DNA of 32,000 nucleotides from the NCBI RefSeq assembly GCF_014857065.1, contig NZ_CP046533.1:450001-482000 (forward strand), written 5' to 3'. Below the pieces are notes generated by a model. That model worked only from the letters and a program-made list of their open reading frames with translations. It did not search any database and was not told the origin of the DNA. Shown piece after piece: positions 19,630 to 30,862 of this stretch; the stretch's first letter is position 1; every line of letters begins with the position of its first letter. Position numbers and translations under genes: made by a program. The DNA comes from Candidatus Saccharimonadota bacterium. Lineage in GTDB: Bacteria > Pseudomonadota > Gammaproteobacteria > Enterobacterales > Enterobacteriaceae.

Positions 19630-20733
19630 TCACAACTTCATTGGCATAATAAAATAAATGCAAGTTTTATCAGAACAAGATTCAATCTTGACACTAGATA
19701 ATTCATCTTTTATAAAAAACTTGACGTTTTGAGATTTAATAATATTAAGTACATCAAGTAAATAATTAACATTAAATCCTATCTCTATTTCATCATTTTG
19801 ATATACAACATCTATAGTTTCTTCCGCTTCTTCATATATAGAGTTATTAGCAGTAATTTTTAATTTATTAAGACTTAAAAACAATCTGATCCCATGAAAT
19901 CTTTCATTAGAAAGAATGGCAATTCTGGTACAAGCTTCCTGCAATATTTTGCGTTCCACCTCGAAAATATTAAAAGGTTCTTCAGGAAACACACAATGGT
20001 AATCTGGAAATGAAACATCAATTAATTTAGAAGTTAAAATATAATTACTTAATCCTACACGAATACTATGATTACTGATTTGCAATTTTACTTGATTTTC
20101 TTTATTACCAAGCATACGCAATATTTCAAATACCCCTTTACGAGGTATAATTATTGAATAAAAAGATGTAAATAATGCATCAATTGGAATAGTACAAAGT
20201 GCTAAACGATGACCATCTGTAGCTACCGTACGTATCTTTTTTTCAAAAATTTCAAAAAGCATACCATTTAAACAATAACGAACATCTTGATTTGACATAG
20301 AAAAATAAGTAGATTCAATTAATTTTTTTAACATTTGTTTTTGTATAATACATTCTACTTCATAATCATAATTTTCTAAATTAGGAAAATCCGATCCTCG
20401 AATCGTAGAAAGTAAGAAACTACTATGCTCAGAACGGATCAATAACCTATCTTGTTGTAAATGCAAAAAAATATTAACTCTTTCAGGTAAAGCACGACAA
20501 ATATCAAATAATTTTCTACCAGCAACTGCAATAAGACCAGATTGAGACTCAGAACTTAAATTTATAATAGCTATCATCTCCACTTCTAAATCTGTACTAA
20601 TTAAATAAAGACGATCATTCTTTATTTCCAATAATATATTATTTAGAATAGGCAACGTCATGCGTCCCTTTAATATATTAACTATATATTGCAACGACCT
20701 AAGTAGAATATTCCTGTCAATAGTACAGTACAT
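19630..20733 (-). CDS. dnaN: DNA polymerase III beta sliding clamp
   Basis: 367 aa, ending in the MPMKL C-terminus. Its start lies 2 nt after the dnaA stop, the canonical dnaA-dnaN arrangement. Confidence 0.95.
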   Translation of the reverse strand: MYCTIDRNILLRSLQYIVNILKGRMTLPILNNILLEIKNDRLYLISTDLEVEMIAIINLSSESQSGLIAVAGRKLFDICRALPERVNIFLHLQQDRLLIRSEHSSFLLSTIRGSDFPNLENYDYEVECIIQKQMLKKLIESTYFSMSNQDVRYCLNGMLFEIFEKKIRTVATDGHRLALCTIPIDALFTSFYSIIIPRKGVFEILRMLGNKENQVKLQISNHSIRVGLSNYILTSKLIDVSFPDYHCVFPEEPFNIFEVERKILQEACTRIAILSNERFHGIRLFLSLNKLKITANNSIYEEAEETIDVVYQNDEIEIGFNVNYLLDVLNIIKSQNVKFFIKDELSSVKIESCSDKTCIYFIMPMKL

Positions 20734-20735
20734 AA

Positions 20736-22148
20736 TTATAAGGATAACATTTTGAATAAAATATCAAAGTCTTTATTAAGGCTAATATCTTTTTCACACA
20801 GTGCATTAATAACCTTACAAGCATATAACACTGTAGTATGATCTCTACCTCCAAAAGCGTCACCTATCTCAGATAAGCTACAATGACTCAATTTTTTAGA
20901 TAAAACCATAGCGATTTGTCTAGGCCTAACTACTGAACGAGACCTATATTTAGACAACAAATCAATAACTTTAATTTTGTAGTACGCAGCAACAACTTTC
21001 TGAATATGATTAATGGCGATAACCTTTTTTCGTAAGATTAACAAATCCTTCAAAACTTCACGAACAAAATCTAATGTAATAGAACAACCAATAAAATTAG
21101 CATTAGCAATAACACGATTTAATACGCCCTCCAATTCACGAATATTAGATTTCCAGTGTTTAGCAATAAAAAACGCTACATCTTCTGGAAGAAAAATATT
21201 GTATTCTTGGGCTTTTTTTATCAAAATAGCAGCGCATGTTTCTGATTCTGGAGGATCAATAGCTATTGTTAATCCCCATTCAAAACGTGATTTTAATCTA
21301 TCTTTAATACCATCTATTTCTTTTGGATAACGATCAGAAGTTAAAATAACCTGCTTTTTACCTTCTAATAAATAATTAAAAATATGAAAAAATTCCTCTT
21401 GAGATCTTTCTTTATATGCTAAAAACTGGATATCATCAATAAGAAAAACATCTATAGAACGATAATATGTTTTAAATTTTTCAATTCTATTATTTTGTAA
21501 TGCTTTAACCATATCCTGCACAAAACATTCAGAGCTTACATATACTACCCTGGTACCATTTTTTTTCATTACAATACCATTACCTACTGCATGTAAAAGA
21601 TGTGTCTTACCCAAACCCGTATTCCCATATAAAAATAATGGATTATAAAAAGTATTATTTAAATTATCAACTATTTGACTTGCCGCTGCTCTAGCAAATT
21701 TATTTGATTTTCCTTCAATAAAATTGTTAAAATTATGTTTAGAATTTATTTTAGATTTATGTAATAAACCTGAACTAAATATACATTTGTTCCAACTCCA
21801 AAAATCAGAATACCCTCCAATAGAAGATGATGATATAAAATTAGATGTCTCATTATTGTTTAATGGATAATCATGCGTCGTATATAATCTTGAAATATGT
21901 GGAGGCTTGCTACCCACTTCAAAACGTAACAATGGAACATCACTACCACAAAAATCATTTAATATGCCATTAATATTGTTCAAATATTTATCTTGAACCC
22001 AATCTAATACAAAACAATTAGGAGCATAAATTGCTAAAGTATTATTCCTTAATTCTGCCTGTAACGGACGAATCCATATACTAAATTCCATACTAGTCAA
22101 TTCATTTTGCAATCGAACAAGACACTGCTGCCAAAGTGAAAGTGACAC
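20736..22148 (-). CDS. dnaA: Chromosomal replication initiator DnaA
   Basis: The N-terminus [29 protein letters not shown] is near-identical to E. coli DnaA. Walker [14 protein letters not shown], Walker [10 protein letters not shown] and the C-terminal DNA-binding signature [16 protein letters not shown] are present. The start codon is GTG (reverse complement of CAC at 22146-22148), as in E. coli. Confidence 0.97.
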   Translation of the reverse strand: MSLSLWQQCLVRLQNELTSMEFSIWIRPLQAELRNNTLAIYAPNCFVLDWVQDKYLNNINGILNDFCGSDVPLLRFEVGSKPPHISRLYTTHDYPLNNNETSNFISSSSIGGYSDFWSWNKCIFSSGLLHKSKINSKHNFNNFIEGKSNKFARAAASQIVDNLNNTFYNPLFLYGNTGLGKTHLLHAVGNGIVMKKNGTRVVYVSSECFVQDMVKALQNNRIEKFKTYYRSIDVFLIDDIQFLAYKERSQEEFFHIFNYLLEGKKQVILTSDRYPKEIDGIKDRLKSRFEWGLTIAIDPPESETCAAILIKKAQEYNIFLPEDVAFFIAKHWKSNIRELEGVLNRVIANANFIGCSITLDFVREVLKDLLILRKKVIAINHIQKVVAAYYKIKVIDLLSKYRSRSVVRPRQIAMVLSKKLSHCSLSEIGDAFGGRDHTTVLYACKVINALCEKDISLNKDFDILFKMLSL

Positions 22149-22290
22149 AATTAAACTCCAAATTGAATCAAAATAAATTAAAATTACATAATATTAATTC
22201 TAATAATTAATTATAAACAAAACAACTTAACGATAATACGATCAGAATATGATTATAAAATACAAAAGAATAATAAGAAAGGCTCTTATT

Positions 22291-22319
22291 GTATACACAT
22301 CTTGACTATTTCATCCACA
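22291..22319 (+). promoter_or_regulatory. Two DnaA-box-like 9-mers (GTATACACA at 22291-22299, TCATCCACA at 22311-22319) in the dnaA/rpmH divergent spacer
   Basis: Each differs at one position from the consensus TTATNCACA. They are in direct orientation, 150-170 bp upstream of the dnaA GTG, which fits the autoregulatory box known in the E. coli dnaA promoter region. In an AT-rich spacer, CACA-containing 9-mers are not frequent, but this is not proof of binding. Confidence 0.4.
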
Positions 22320-22638
22320 ATAACAACTAAATTAATATGTTTTATGGAATTCCTTTTCGTTGTACGAGTAAAAAACCTTATTAAGAAATTAAGATAGTGA
22401 CATTGTTGTAACAAATATAAATTTATAGTATCAGAATAGTAGTCAAGTTTTGAATACTTTACTAAAAGCAACTGATATTTAGAAAATTATTGCATTTTGC
22501 ATATATACCATTGTAATATCTAAAAAATTAAATTTTACATGCAGCAGCTAAACAAAAGATAGAAGTATCTATACTAAAATTCAAATCAACAAATTACAAC
22601 AAAAATTAATTGCAACTATATTATTCAAGGCTAAAATA

Positions 22639-22779
22639 ATGAAACGTACTTTTCAACCTTCTAAATTAAGAAAACACCGTAAACATGGATTTCGAGTACG
22701 AATGTCAACAAAAAATGGACAACACGTAATATTAAGGCGTCGCGCCAAAGGTCGTTTAAAACTAACTACTTGCTCTTAA
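22639..22779 (+). CDS. rpmH: 50S ribosomal protein L34
   Basis: Not in the supplied ORF track because it is too short. ATG at 22639, TAA at 22777-22779. The translation [46 protein letters not shown] is the canonical L34 sequence. It sits upstream of rnpA, as is universal. Confidence 0.97.
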   Translation: MKRTFQPSKLRKHRKHGFRVRMSTKNGQHVILRRRAKGRLKLTTCS

Positions 22780-22826
22780 TGAACAACACAGTACAATCAC
22801 AATAACAGTAATAAATTTTTGTATTA

Positions 22827-23171
22827 ATGAAAAAATTTTTTTTTCCTAAAAGATCACGATTATTAACTTATAAAGATTATCTTTTTGTATTTAAAAAATC
22901 AGCAAAAAATCAAACAAAAAACATTGTCACACTAAGTTGCTTTAATTCCTTAAGACACCCTCGTATTGGTTTAATAGTTGCTAAAAAACAAGTTAAACAA
23001 GCTAATAAACGTAACTACATTAAGCGAATAATAAGAGAAAGTTTTCGTATTTACCAACATAAGCTTCCAAATATGGATTTTATAATCATTGTCCAAAAAA
23101 ATATTATCAACGATATAAATCAAAACACACTAGCAAAAGAATTACAAAATATATGGAAATCTTATCATTAA
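22827..23171 (+). CDS. rnpA: Ribonuclease P protein component
   Basis: 114 aa, basic. [33 protein letters not shown] contains the conserved RNR motif region. Position is rpmH-rnpA-yidD-yidC. Confidence 0.95.
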   Translation: MKKFFFPKRSRLLTYKDYLFVFKKSAKNQTKNIVTLSCFNSLRHPRIGLIVAKKQVKQANKRNYIKRIIRESFRIYQHKLPNMDFIIIVQKNIINDINQNTLAKELQNIWKSYH

Positions 23172-23359
23172 TTTCAAAATTATTAACAATTTTAATTCAT
23201 ATCTATCAAATGACAATAAGTCCATTTCTTAAACCTTGTTGTCGATTTCATCCTACATGTTCTCAATATGGAATTGAAGTTATAAAAAAATTTGGTATAT
23301 TTAAGGGTTGTTGGCTAATTTTAAATAGAATATTAAAATGTCATCCCTATAAATTATAA
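23153..23359 (+). CDS. yidD: Membrane protein insertion efficiency factor YidD
   Basis: [51 protein letters not shown] matches the YidD family signature. It overlaps the rnpA 3' end by 19 nt. Confidence 0.9.
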   Translation: MEILSLISKLLTILIHIYQMTISPFLKPCCRFHPTCSQYGIEVIKKFGIFKGCWLILNRILKCHPYKL

Positions 23360-23422
23360 TGTTTATAAATACATTATTAACAAAATTTTTCAGTGATCTA
23401 AATAATCAGAGAGCACCTAAAA

Positions 23423-25060
23423 ATGGATTATCAACGAAATTTTTTTATCATTGCTCTATTAACTGTAACTTTTATCATGTGGCAAACATGGCAAACAGAA
23501 CACAATTTAAAATACAACAATGAAAGCATAGATCATACAACCAATAACAATATTAGCCAAGAACAATTCACTGGTCAAACAGATAATAACCAAACAAATA
23601 AAATCATTAAATTGAGAAATGATGTACTGTCATTAGAAATAAATACTAGAGGTGGCAATATAGAAAACGCTTACCTTCTCAATTATTTAGAAACGCTAAA
23701 TACAAAAAAACCATTTACTTTATTAACAACATCTAAAGAATATGTTTATCAAAACGAAATTATTGTTAATAACGTAACTGATGAAAATTGGATGGAAATA
23801 ACAAAAAAACCAATCGTCTATAAGACGATCCAGAATAAGGACGATTATGTATTAGATGATAATCAAGAAGAACTTCAATTACCATTGTACTACATTGATC
23901 AAGATGGAGTTATCTATACTAAAATTTACATCCTAAAACGTGGATCTTACGCAATACAAATCAACTACAATATAAATAATACAACAAAAAAATTATTAAA
24001 AACAAATCTATCCGGAAAATTAACTCAATCAATTAAATGTCCAAAAGAATATGATGAAAACAGGAACTTCTTTTTGTCTACATATCGTGGAGCAGCTTAT
24101 TATTTGAACAAAAATAAATACAAAAAATATAGCTTCAAAGAAATGAAAAATAAAAATCTATATATAGAAACAAAAGAAGAAGAAGGATGGGTTGCTATAC
24201 TACAACAATATTTTATTGTGGCAATGTTACCCTATACAAAAAATAATATCTTCTATACTAAATATTTAGATGATAAAGCAATAATAGGATTTACATCATC
24301 AAAATTTGAAATAAAACCTCAACAACAAAAAACATTAAGAACCACATTATGGGTTGGACCTAAAATACAAGAAAAAATGGCATTTGTAAATCATCATCTA
24401 GAACTTACTATTGATTATGGTTGGTTATGGTTTATCTCACAACCTTTATTTAAATTATTACAATTTATTCACGATTACGTCGGCAATTGGGGTATTTCTA
24501 TTGTTATTATTACCTTAATTATACGAATTATTATGTATCCTTTAACTAAATCTCAATACACATCAATGGCTAAAATGCGCATTTTACAACCAAAATTAAT
24601 GTCAATACAAAAACAGTTTAAAAACAATAAACAACGATTCCATCAAGAAATGATTTCATTGTATAAAAAAGAAAAAGTAAACCCCCTCGGAGGATGTTTA
24701 CCTTTATTAATTCAAATGCCCATTTTTTTAGCTTTATATTATATGCTCTCAGGTTCAGTAGAGCTACGCCATGCAAAATTTATCTTTTGGATACATGATT
24801 TATCCTCTCAAGACCCTTATTATATACTACCTATTGTAATGGGAGCTACTATGTTTCTTATACAAAAAACATCACCTACAACTATGACAGATCCAATACA
24901 ACAAAAAATAATGAATTACATGCTGATAATATTCACTATATTTTTTCTTTGGTTTCCCTCTGGATTAGTCCTATATTATGTTATAAGTAATATGATTACT
25001 ATAATACAACAAAAAATAATTAATAATGAACTGAAAAGAAAATCCCTAATATTAAAATAA
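23423..25060 (+). CDS. yidC: Membrane protein insertase YidC
   Basis: 545 aa with an N-terminal TM segment, a large periplasmic domain and the conserved C-terminal core (GNWGISIVIITLIIRIIMYPLTKSQYTSMAKMR, NPLGGCLPLLIQMPIFLALYYML, PSGLVLYYVISN). Confidence 0.97.
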   Translation: MDYQRNFFIIALLTVTFIMWQTWQTEHNLKYNNESIDHTTNNNISQEQFTGQTDNNQTNKIIKLRNDVLSLEINTRGGNIENAYLLNYLETLNTKKPFTLLTTSKEYVYQNEIIVNNVTDENWMEITKKPIVYKTIQNKDDYVLDDNQEELQLPLYYIDQDGVIYTKIYILKRGSYAIQINYNINNTTKKLLKTNLSGKLTQSIKCPKEYDENRNFFLSTYRGAAYYLNKNKYKKYSFKEMKNKNLYIETKEEEGWVAILQQYFIVAMLPYTKNNIFYTKYLDDKAIIGFTSSKFEIKPQQQKTLRTTLWVGPKIQEKMAFVNHHLELTIDYGWLWFISQPLFKLLQFIHDYVGNWGISIVIITLIIRIIMYPLTKSQYTSMAKMRILQPKLMSIQKQFKNNKQRFHQEMISLYKKEKVNPLGGCLPLLIQMPIFLALYYMLSGSVELRHAKFIFWIHDLSSQDPYYILPIVMGATMFLIQKTSPTTMTDPIQQKIMNYMLIIFTIFFLWFPSGLVLYYVISNMITIIQQKIINNELKRKSLILK

Positions 25061-25139
25061 TATAACTAATAACTATTAATATATGTAACATACGTACTAA
25101 ATTGGTGTAAATCTATCAAAATTAAAATTTGATATACAT

Positions 25140-26531
25140 ATGAAATTTAATAATGAAACTATAATAGCTATTGCTACACCGCCAGGGCATGGAGGAATAG
25201 GTATTATTCGGATTTCTGGAGAATTATCTTCAAAAGTTTCTTATATCTTTTTTGGGAAAATACTAAATCCTCGTCGAGCTGAACTTTTATCGTTTCGAGA
25301 TAATCACGATAAAATTTTAGATAAAGTAATTTGCATATTTTTCCCTGCTCCGAATTCCTTTACAGGCGAAAATATTTTAGAAATTCATGGACATGGAGGT
25401 CCAATAATATTGGATCTTATAGTACAAAATATTTTGAAAAAAATACCAGAAATAAGAATAGCTCAACCTGGCGAATTTTCTAAAAGAGCATTCTTAAATA
25501 ACAAAATAGATTTAACTCAAGCAGAAGCTATAATTGATCTAATAAATGCCAATTCCCATCAAGCTGTAAAATCAGCAGCTAACTCTCTGCAAGGTATATT
25601 TTCTAGTTGTATCAAAAAAATAATTAAAATGGTAACTAAATTACGGATGTTCATTGAAACAGACATAGATTTCTCAGAAGAAAATAATAATTTGAATATT
25701 CTATCCAATAATCAGATACAAGATCAATTAAATAATATTTTAAATAAAATTAATCAAACATACAAACAAGCATATCAAGGAAACATATTGAGAGATGGAA
25801 TAAAAGTAGTGATAAGTGGAAAACCAAACGTAGGCAAATCTAGTTTATTAAATATCTTGTCTGAACGAGACACAGCCATAGTCACAAATAGACCAGGAAC
25901 TACACGTGACATAATACGTGAATATATTTATTTAGATGGAATTCCCTTCCATATTATAGATACTGCTGGAATACACAAAACTAATAATAAAATTGAACGC
26001 ATAGGTATCAAACGAGCTCTATATGAAATTAAAAATGCAGATCATATATTATACATGGTTGATGCTACTAAAATTTCATCTAAAACTATGAAACTACTAT
26101 GGCTAAATTTAAATAAAGATTTCAATATAAAAAGTCATGATAAATATATAACCATTATACGTAACAAAATAGATCTAACGAAAGAAAAAATAAAAATAGA
26201 ACAAAACGAAAAATACACAGTCATTAACTTGTCTATCAAATACGGATATGGGATAAATATGCTGAGAAAACACTTAAAAAACAATATAAAAAACTTTAAT
26301 CAAGATAATCAAGAAAATAATTTCACGGCAAGAAGAAGACACTTGGACTCATTAAATAAAGCATCAAAACACCTTTCAGAAGCTCAAAAACATCTTCAAC
26401 ACAATTTAAAACTAGAGTTACTAGCAGAAGAACTAATTCAAGCAAATCAAGAACTAAAAAAGATCACAGGAGAATATCATTCCGACGACTTATTAGACGA
26501 AATTTTTTCCACATTCTGCATAGGGAAATAA
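25140..26531 (+). CDS. mnmE: tRNA modification GTPase MnmE (TrmE/ThdF)
   Basis: N-terminal TIIAIATPPGHGGIGIIRISG, G-domain motifs GKPNVGKSSLLN, TTRD, DTAGI and NKIDL, and the hallmark C-terminal FCIGK. Confidence 0.97.
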   Translation: MKFNNETIIAIATPPGHGGIGIIRISGELSSKVSYIFFGKILNPRRAELLSFRDNHDKILDKVICIFFPAPNSFTGENILEIHGHGGPIILDLIVQNILKKIPEIRIAQPGEFSKRAFLNNKIDLTQAEAIIDLINANSHQAVKSAANSLQGIFSSCIKKIIKMVTKLRMFIETDIDFSEENNNLNILSNNQIQDQLNNILNKINQTYKQAYQGNILRDGIKVVISGKPNVGKSSLLNILSERDTAIVTNRPGTTRDIIREYIYLDGIPFHIIDTAGIHKTNNKIERIGIKRALYEIKNADHILYMVDATKISSKTMKLLWLNLNKDFNIKSHDKYITIIRNKIDLTKEKIKIEQNEKYTVINLSIKYGYGINMLRKHLKNNIKNFNQDNQENNFTARRRHLDSLNKASKHLSEAQKHLQHNLKLELLAEELIQANQELKKITGEYHSDDLLDEIFSTFCIGK

Positions 26532-26594
26532 TTTTAAAGTTTATAACGACGCAAAATAAAAATAAAAAGTAAAATATTTCAGTCTATAATCAAA

Positions 26595-27971
26595 TTAAGA
26601 TTTACGTCTGTTTTTAATAAAAAATTGCCGAATACGACTAACGACAGTTTTCCCATCAGGTACATTTTGAGTTACTGTAGTTCCAGCACCAATAGTTACA
26701 CTATTACCAATCGTAATAGGTGCTACCAATTGGGTATTAGAACCTATAAAAACATTATCACCAATAATTGTTTTATGCTTACTAATACCATCGTAATTAC
26801 AAGTGACAGCACCTGCACCTATATTTATCATAAGGCCAATATCTGTATCACCAATATAACTAAAATGATTTACCTTAGCGCCATATCCCAAATAAACATT
26901 TTTCATTTCAACAAAATTACCAATTTTTGATAATTTTCCCAACTTACAACCAGGTCGTAATCTAGCAAAAGGACCTATAGTGCAATTACTATTTATTTGT
27001 ACGCCATCTATAATAGTATAAGGCAAAATAACTACGTCATCACCTACCACTACATTTTTTAAAATACATCCAGAACCTACTTTCACTCTATTTCCAAGTG
27101 AAACTTGACCTTCAATAATTACATTATTATCAATTTGTACATCTAGGCCATGTAACAAATCTCCACGTAAATCAAACCTATCCAAATCAGAAAAAATAAT
27201 TCCTGATAAAGATAAACGCTCAGATTCCCGTCTTTGATACAATCTTTCTACCTCTGCAAGTTGCAATTTATTATTTACTCCTTTTATCTCATTAATACAC
27301 ATTGGCTCAACTGTATTAATTACAGAACCTTTTCTATAAGCAATATCAACAATTTCTGTTAAATAGAATTCACCTTGCTTATTGTCATTAGTTATTTTAC
27401 TTAACCAATATTTTAAATGAACAATATCTGCTAATAATATTCCAGAATAAACTTCCTTAAGTGCAAATAGCTGTCTATCAACGTCCGCATTTTCCGCAAT
27501 TTTTATAACTTCACCGCTATCATTACGTACAACACGTCCATATTCTTGGGGATTCACTAATTTAGCCGTCAATAATAAAATACCATCATCTATTAACTGA
27601 ATAGACAACAATTTATTTAAAGTTCGAGTTGTTATAAGAGGTAAATCAGCGTATAAGATCAAAACTTTTTTATTAATATCTAATAAAGATAAAACTTGCT
27701 GCACTGCATGTCCAGTGCCAAATTGATCAGATTGTAATACCCAATGAATAGAACAAATCATTTCTGGATCTAAACTATTTATAATCATAGATTTATTAGT
27801 TGAATTATGTACCACATAAATACCTGAAGAATTCAATTTTACAGCTGTGTTTATTACATGCCATATCATTGGTTTACCACCAATTTTATACACTATTTTT
27901 GATATCTTAGAACACATCCGAACCCCTTTGCCAGCAGCAAGGATGATAATAATAAATTCTTTTTTATTCAA
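26595..27971 (-). CDS. glmU: Bifunctional GlcNAc-1-P uridyltransferase / GlcN-1-P acetyltransferase GlmU
   Basis: LAAGKGVRM, the WVLQSDQFGTGHA region and the C-terminal left-handed beta-helix hexapeptide repeats with GPFARLRPG...VGNFVEMK...NYDG all match GlmU. The ORF-track start at 27995 is a TTG with no SD. I prefer the in-frame TTG at 27971 (xNKKEFIIIILAAGKG), which has AAGGA 8 nt upstream and matches the E. coli N-terminal length. The start is uncertain by 8 codons. Confidence 0.93.
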   Translation of the reverse strand: MNKKEFIIIILAAGKGVRMCSKISKIVYKIGGKPMIWHVINTAVKLNSSGIYVVHNSTNKSMIINSLDPEMICSIHWVLQSDQFGTGHAVQQVLSLLDINKKVLILYADLPLITTRTLNKLLSIQLIDDGILLLTAKLVNPQEYGRVVRNDSGEVIKIAENADVDRQLFALKEVYSGILLADIVHLKYWLSKITNDNKQGEFYLTEIVDIAYRKGSVINTVEPMCINEIKGVNNKLQLAEVERLYQRRESERLSLSGIIFSDLDRFDLRGDLLHGLDVQIDNNVIIEGQVSLGNRVKVGSGCILKNVVVGDDVVILPYTIIDGVQINSNCTIGPFARLRPGCKLGKLSKIGNFVEMKNVYLGYGAKVNHFSYIGDTDIGLMINIGAGAVTCNYDGISKHKTIIGDNVFIGSNTQLVAPITIGNSVTIGAGTTVTQNVPDGKTVVSRIRQFFIKNRRKS

Positions 27972-28034
27972 GATATAAATCCTTATCCTTTCCAATTTTA
28001 AATTAAAGAATAAAAAATCAACTTAATAAGATAT

Positions 28035-28466
28035 CTATCTAATAATATTATTCTTCATCAATTCAATAACTCGAAGCTGAGCAATGGCTCTCGATAATTC
28101 AATAGAAACTTTAATAAAATCAATATTACCATGAGAATTACGTATCTTTTCTTCCATTACACATTTCAATTCTACAGCTCTTTTTTCATCAAGTTCTTCG
28201 CCACGAATAGCCGTATCTGCTAATACAGTAACTATATCAGGTTGTACTTCTAAAATACCTCCAGATATATATATATATAACATCTTATCATCATTTTTCT
28301 GCGAGACGCACACCATCCCAGACTTCAGCAAAGCAAGCAAAGGTGCATGTCCTGGTAAAATACCCATTTCACCTTCACTACCAGTAATCCGAATTTTTCT
28401 TACTATATCACTAAAAATTTTTGTTTCTGCACTAATAATATTTAAACTAAAAGTAAACCCACACAT
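28035..28466 (-). CDS. atpC: F1 ATP synthase epsilon subunit
   Basis: ISAE...IF...[50 protein letters not shown] and [10 protein letters not shown] match E. coli AtpC. Position is downstream of atpD. Confidence 0.96.
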   Translation of the reverse strand: MCGFTFSLNIISAETKIFSDIVRKIRITGSEGEMGILPGHAPLLALLKSGMVCVSQKNDDKMLYIYISGGILEVQPDIVTVLADTAIRGEELDEKRAVELKCVMEEKIRNSHGNIDFIKVSIELSRAIAQLRVIELMKNNIIR

Positions 28467-28511
28467 AATCGCATCATTTTACGATATCTAATTAATATAA
28501 ATTCTCTATAT

Positions 28512-29897
<1,386 letters not shown>

Positions 29898-29932
29898 TTA
29901 AGTACTCCTCTCAAATAATTAATCTTTATGAA

Positions 29933-30802
29933 TTAAGTTGCAAAATTACCTGAAATTATTTCAGAAAGCTCTTGAGTAATACTATCCTGTCTTACTTTAT
30001 TATAGATAATTTTTAAATCTTTAATAAGAGCGCTACCATTATCTGAAGCTCCTTTCATTGCCATCATTCTAGCAGCTTGCTCACAAACTAAATTTTCAAC
30101 GACTTTTTGATATATTTCAGATTCTATATAACGTTTTAACAAAATATTTAATAATAGCTTAGGATCATTAGGTTCATATATATAATCCCATTTTTTTCTA
30201 TGCGTTGAAATTACATTTTTTAAAGGTAAAATAGGCAAAATCTGTAATATTTGTGGTTTTTGAAATAAAATATTAGTAAATTTATTACTAATAATAAATA
30301 ACTTATCTAAGTAATGCTCTTCATATAACTGAAATATAATTGTTGTTATACCAATTAAAATAGACAATGTAGGATTGTCTCCTAATCCAGCAATTTTAGT
30401 AATAACTTTCTTATTTAAAAAATTTAAAAAAGAAATTGCCTGATTACCAATTAAGAAAAAACTACTATCTATTCCCTTATCACTCCATTTTTTCATATCT
30501 ATCAATAAATTTTTAAACAAATTAGTATTCAAACTACCAACTAAACCTCGATCTGTAGAAACTACTAAATATCCAATACGAACAATATTACGTTCAACTA
30601 TATAAGAATGTTTATATTCTAAACTACCCAACAAAATATGCTCTATAACTTTCTGCATAATTTTAATATAAGGATCAACAGATAAAAAAACCTGATAAAT
30701 CTTACGCATTTTTGAAAATGAAATCATTTCCATTGCTTTAGTAATTTTTTGTATTTTATTAATACTATTAATTTTATTACGTATTTCTTTAATACTAAAC
30801 AT
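29933..30802 (-). CDS. atpG: F1 ATP synthase gamma subunit
   Basis: 289 aa. N-terminal KEIRNKINSINKIQKITKAMEMIS and C-terminal ARMMAMKGASDNGSALIKDLKIIYNKVRQDSITQELSEIISG are typical of AtpG. Lies between atpA and atpD. Confidence 0.97.
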   Translation of the reverse strand: MFSIKEIRNKINSINKIQKITKAMEMISFSKMRKIYQVFLSVDPYIKIMQKVIEHILLGSLEYKHSYIVERNIVRIGYLVVSTDRGLVGSLNTNLFKNLLIDMKKWSDKGIDSSFFLIGNQAISFLNFLNKKVITKIAGLGDNPTLSILIGITTIIFQLYEEHYLDKLFIISNKFTNILFQKPQILQILPILPLKNVISTHRKKWDYIYEPNDPKLLLNILLKRYIESEIYQKVVENLVCEQAARMMAMKGASDNGSALIKDLKIIYNKVRQDSITQELSEIISGNFAT

Positions 30803-30862
30803 TTATTCTATTTCCAAATATATGCAATATTTATCATCAATGAACCATCTAACAAACATAAA

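Noticed and set aside
21013-21330. 105-aa antisense ORF inside dnaA
   Set aside because: It overlaps the conserved AAA+ domain of dnaA in the permissive antisense frame. There is no translation signal.
22286-22471. 61-aa ORF in the dnaA/rpmH spacer
   Set aside because: It has a TTG start, no SD and a low-complexity translation, and it spans the DnaA-box region. The spacer is better explained as promoter and regulatory DNA, as in E. coli.
22149-22638. Possible oriC next to dnaA
   Set aside because: Only two imperfect DnaA boxes and a single GATC are visible, with no box cluster plus 13-mer-like DUE. In Enterobacterales, oriC lies next to mnmG beyond the atp operon. The C>G bias of + strand spacers is the same on both sides of this region as far as I can count by hand, so there is no skew switch.
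26625-26930. 101-aa antisense ORF inside glmU
   Set aside because: It is the codon-for-codon antisense of the left-handed beta-helix region. That region is rich in Gly, Ile, Val and Asn and poor in the TTA, CTA and TCA codons that would create antisense stops. It is a compositional artefact.
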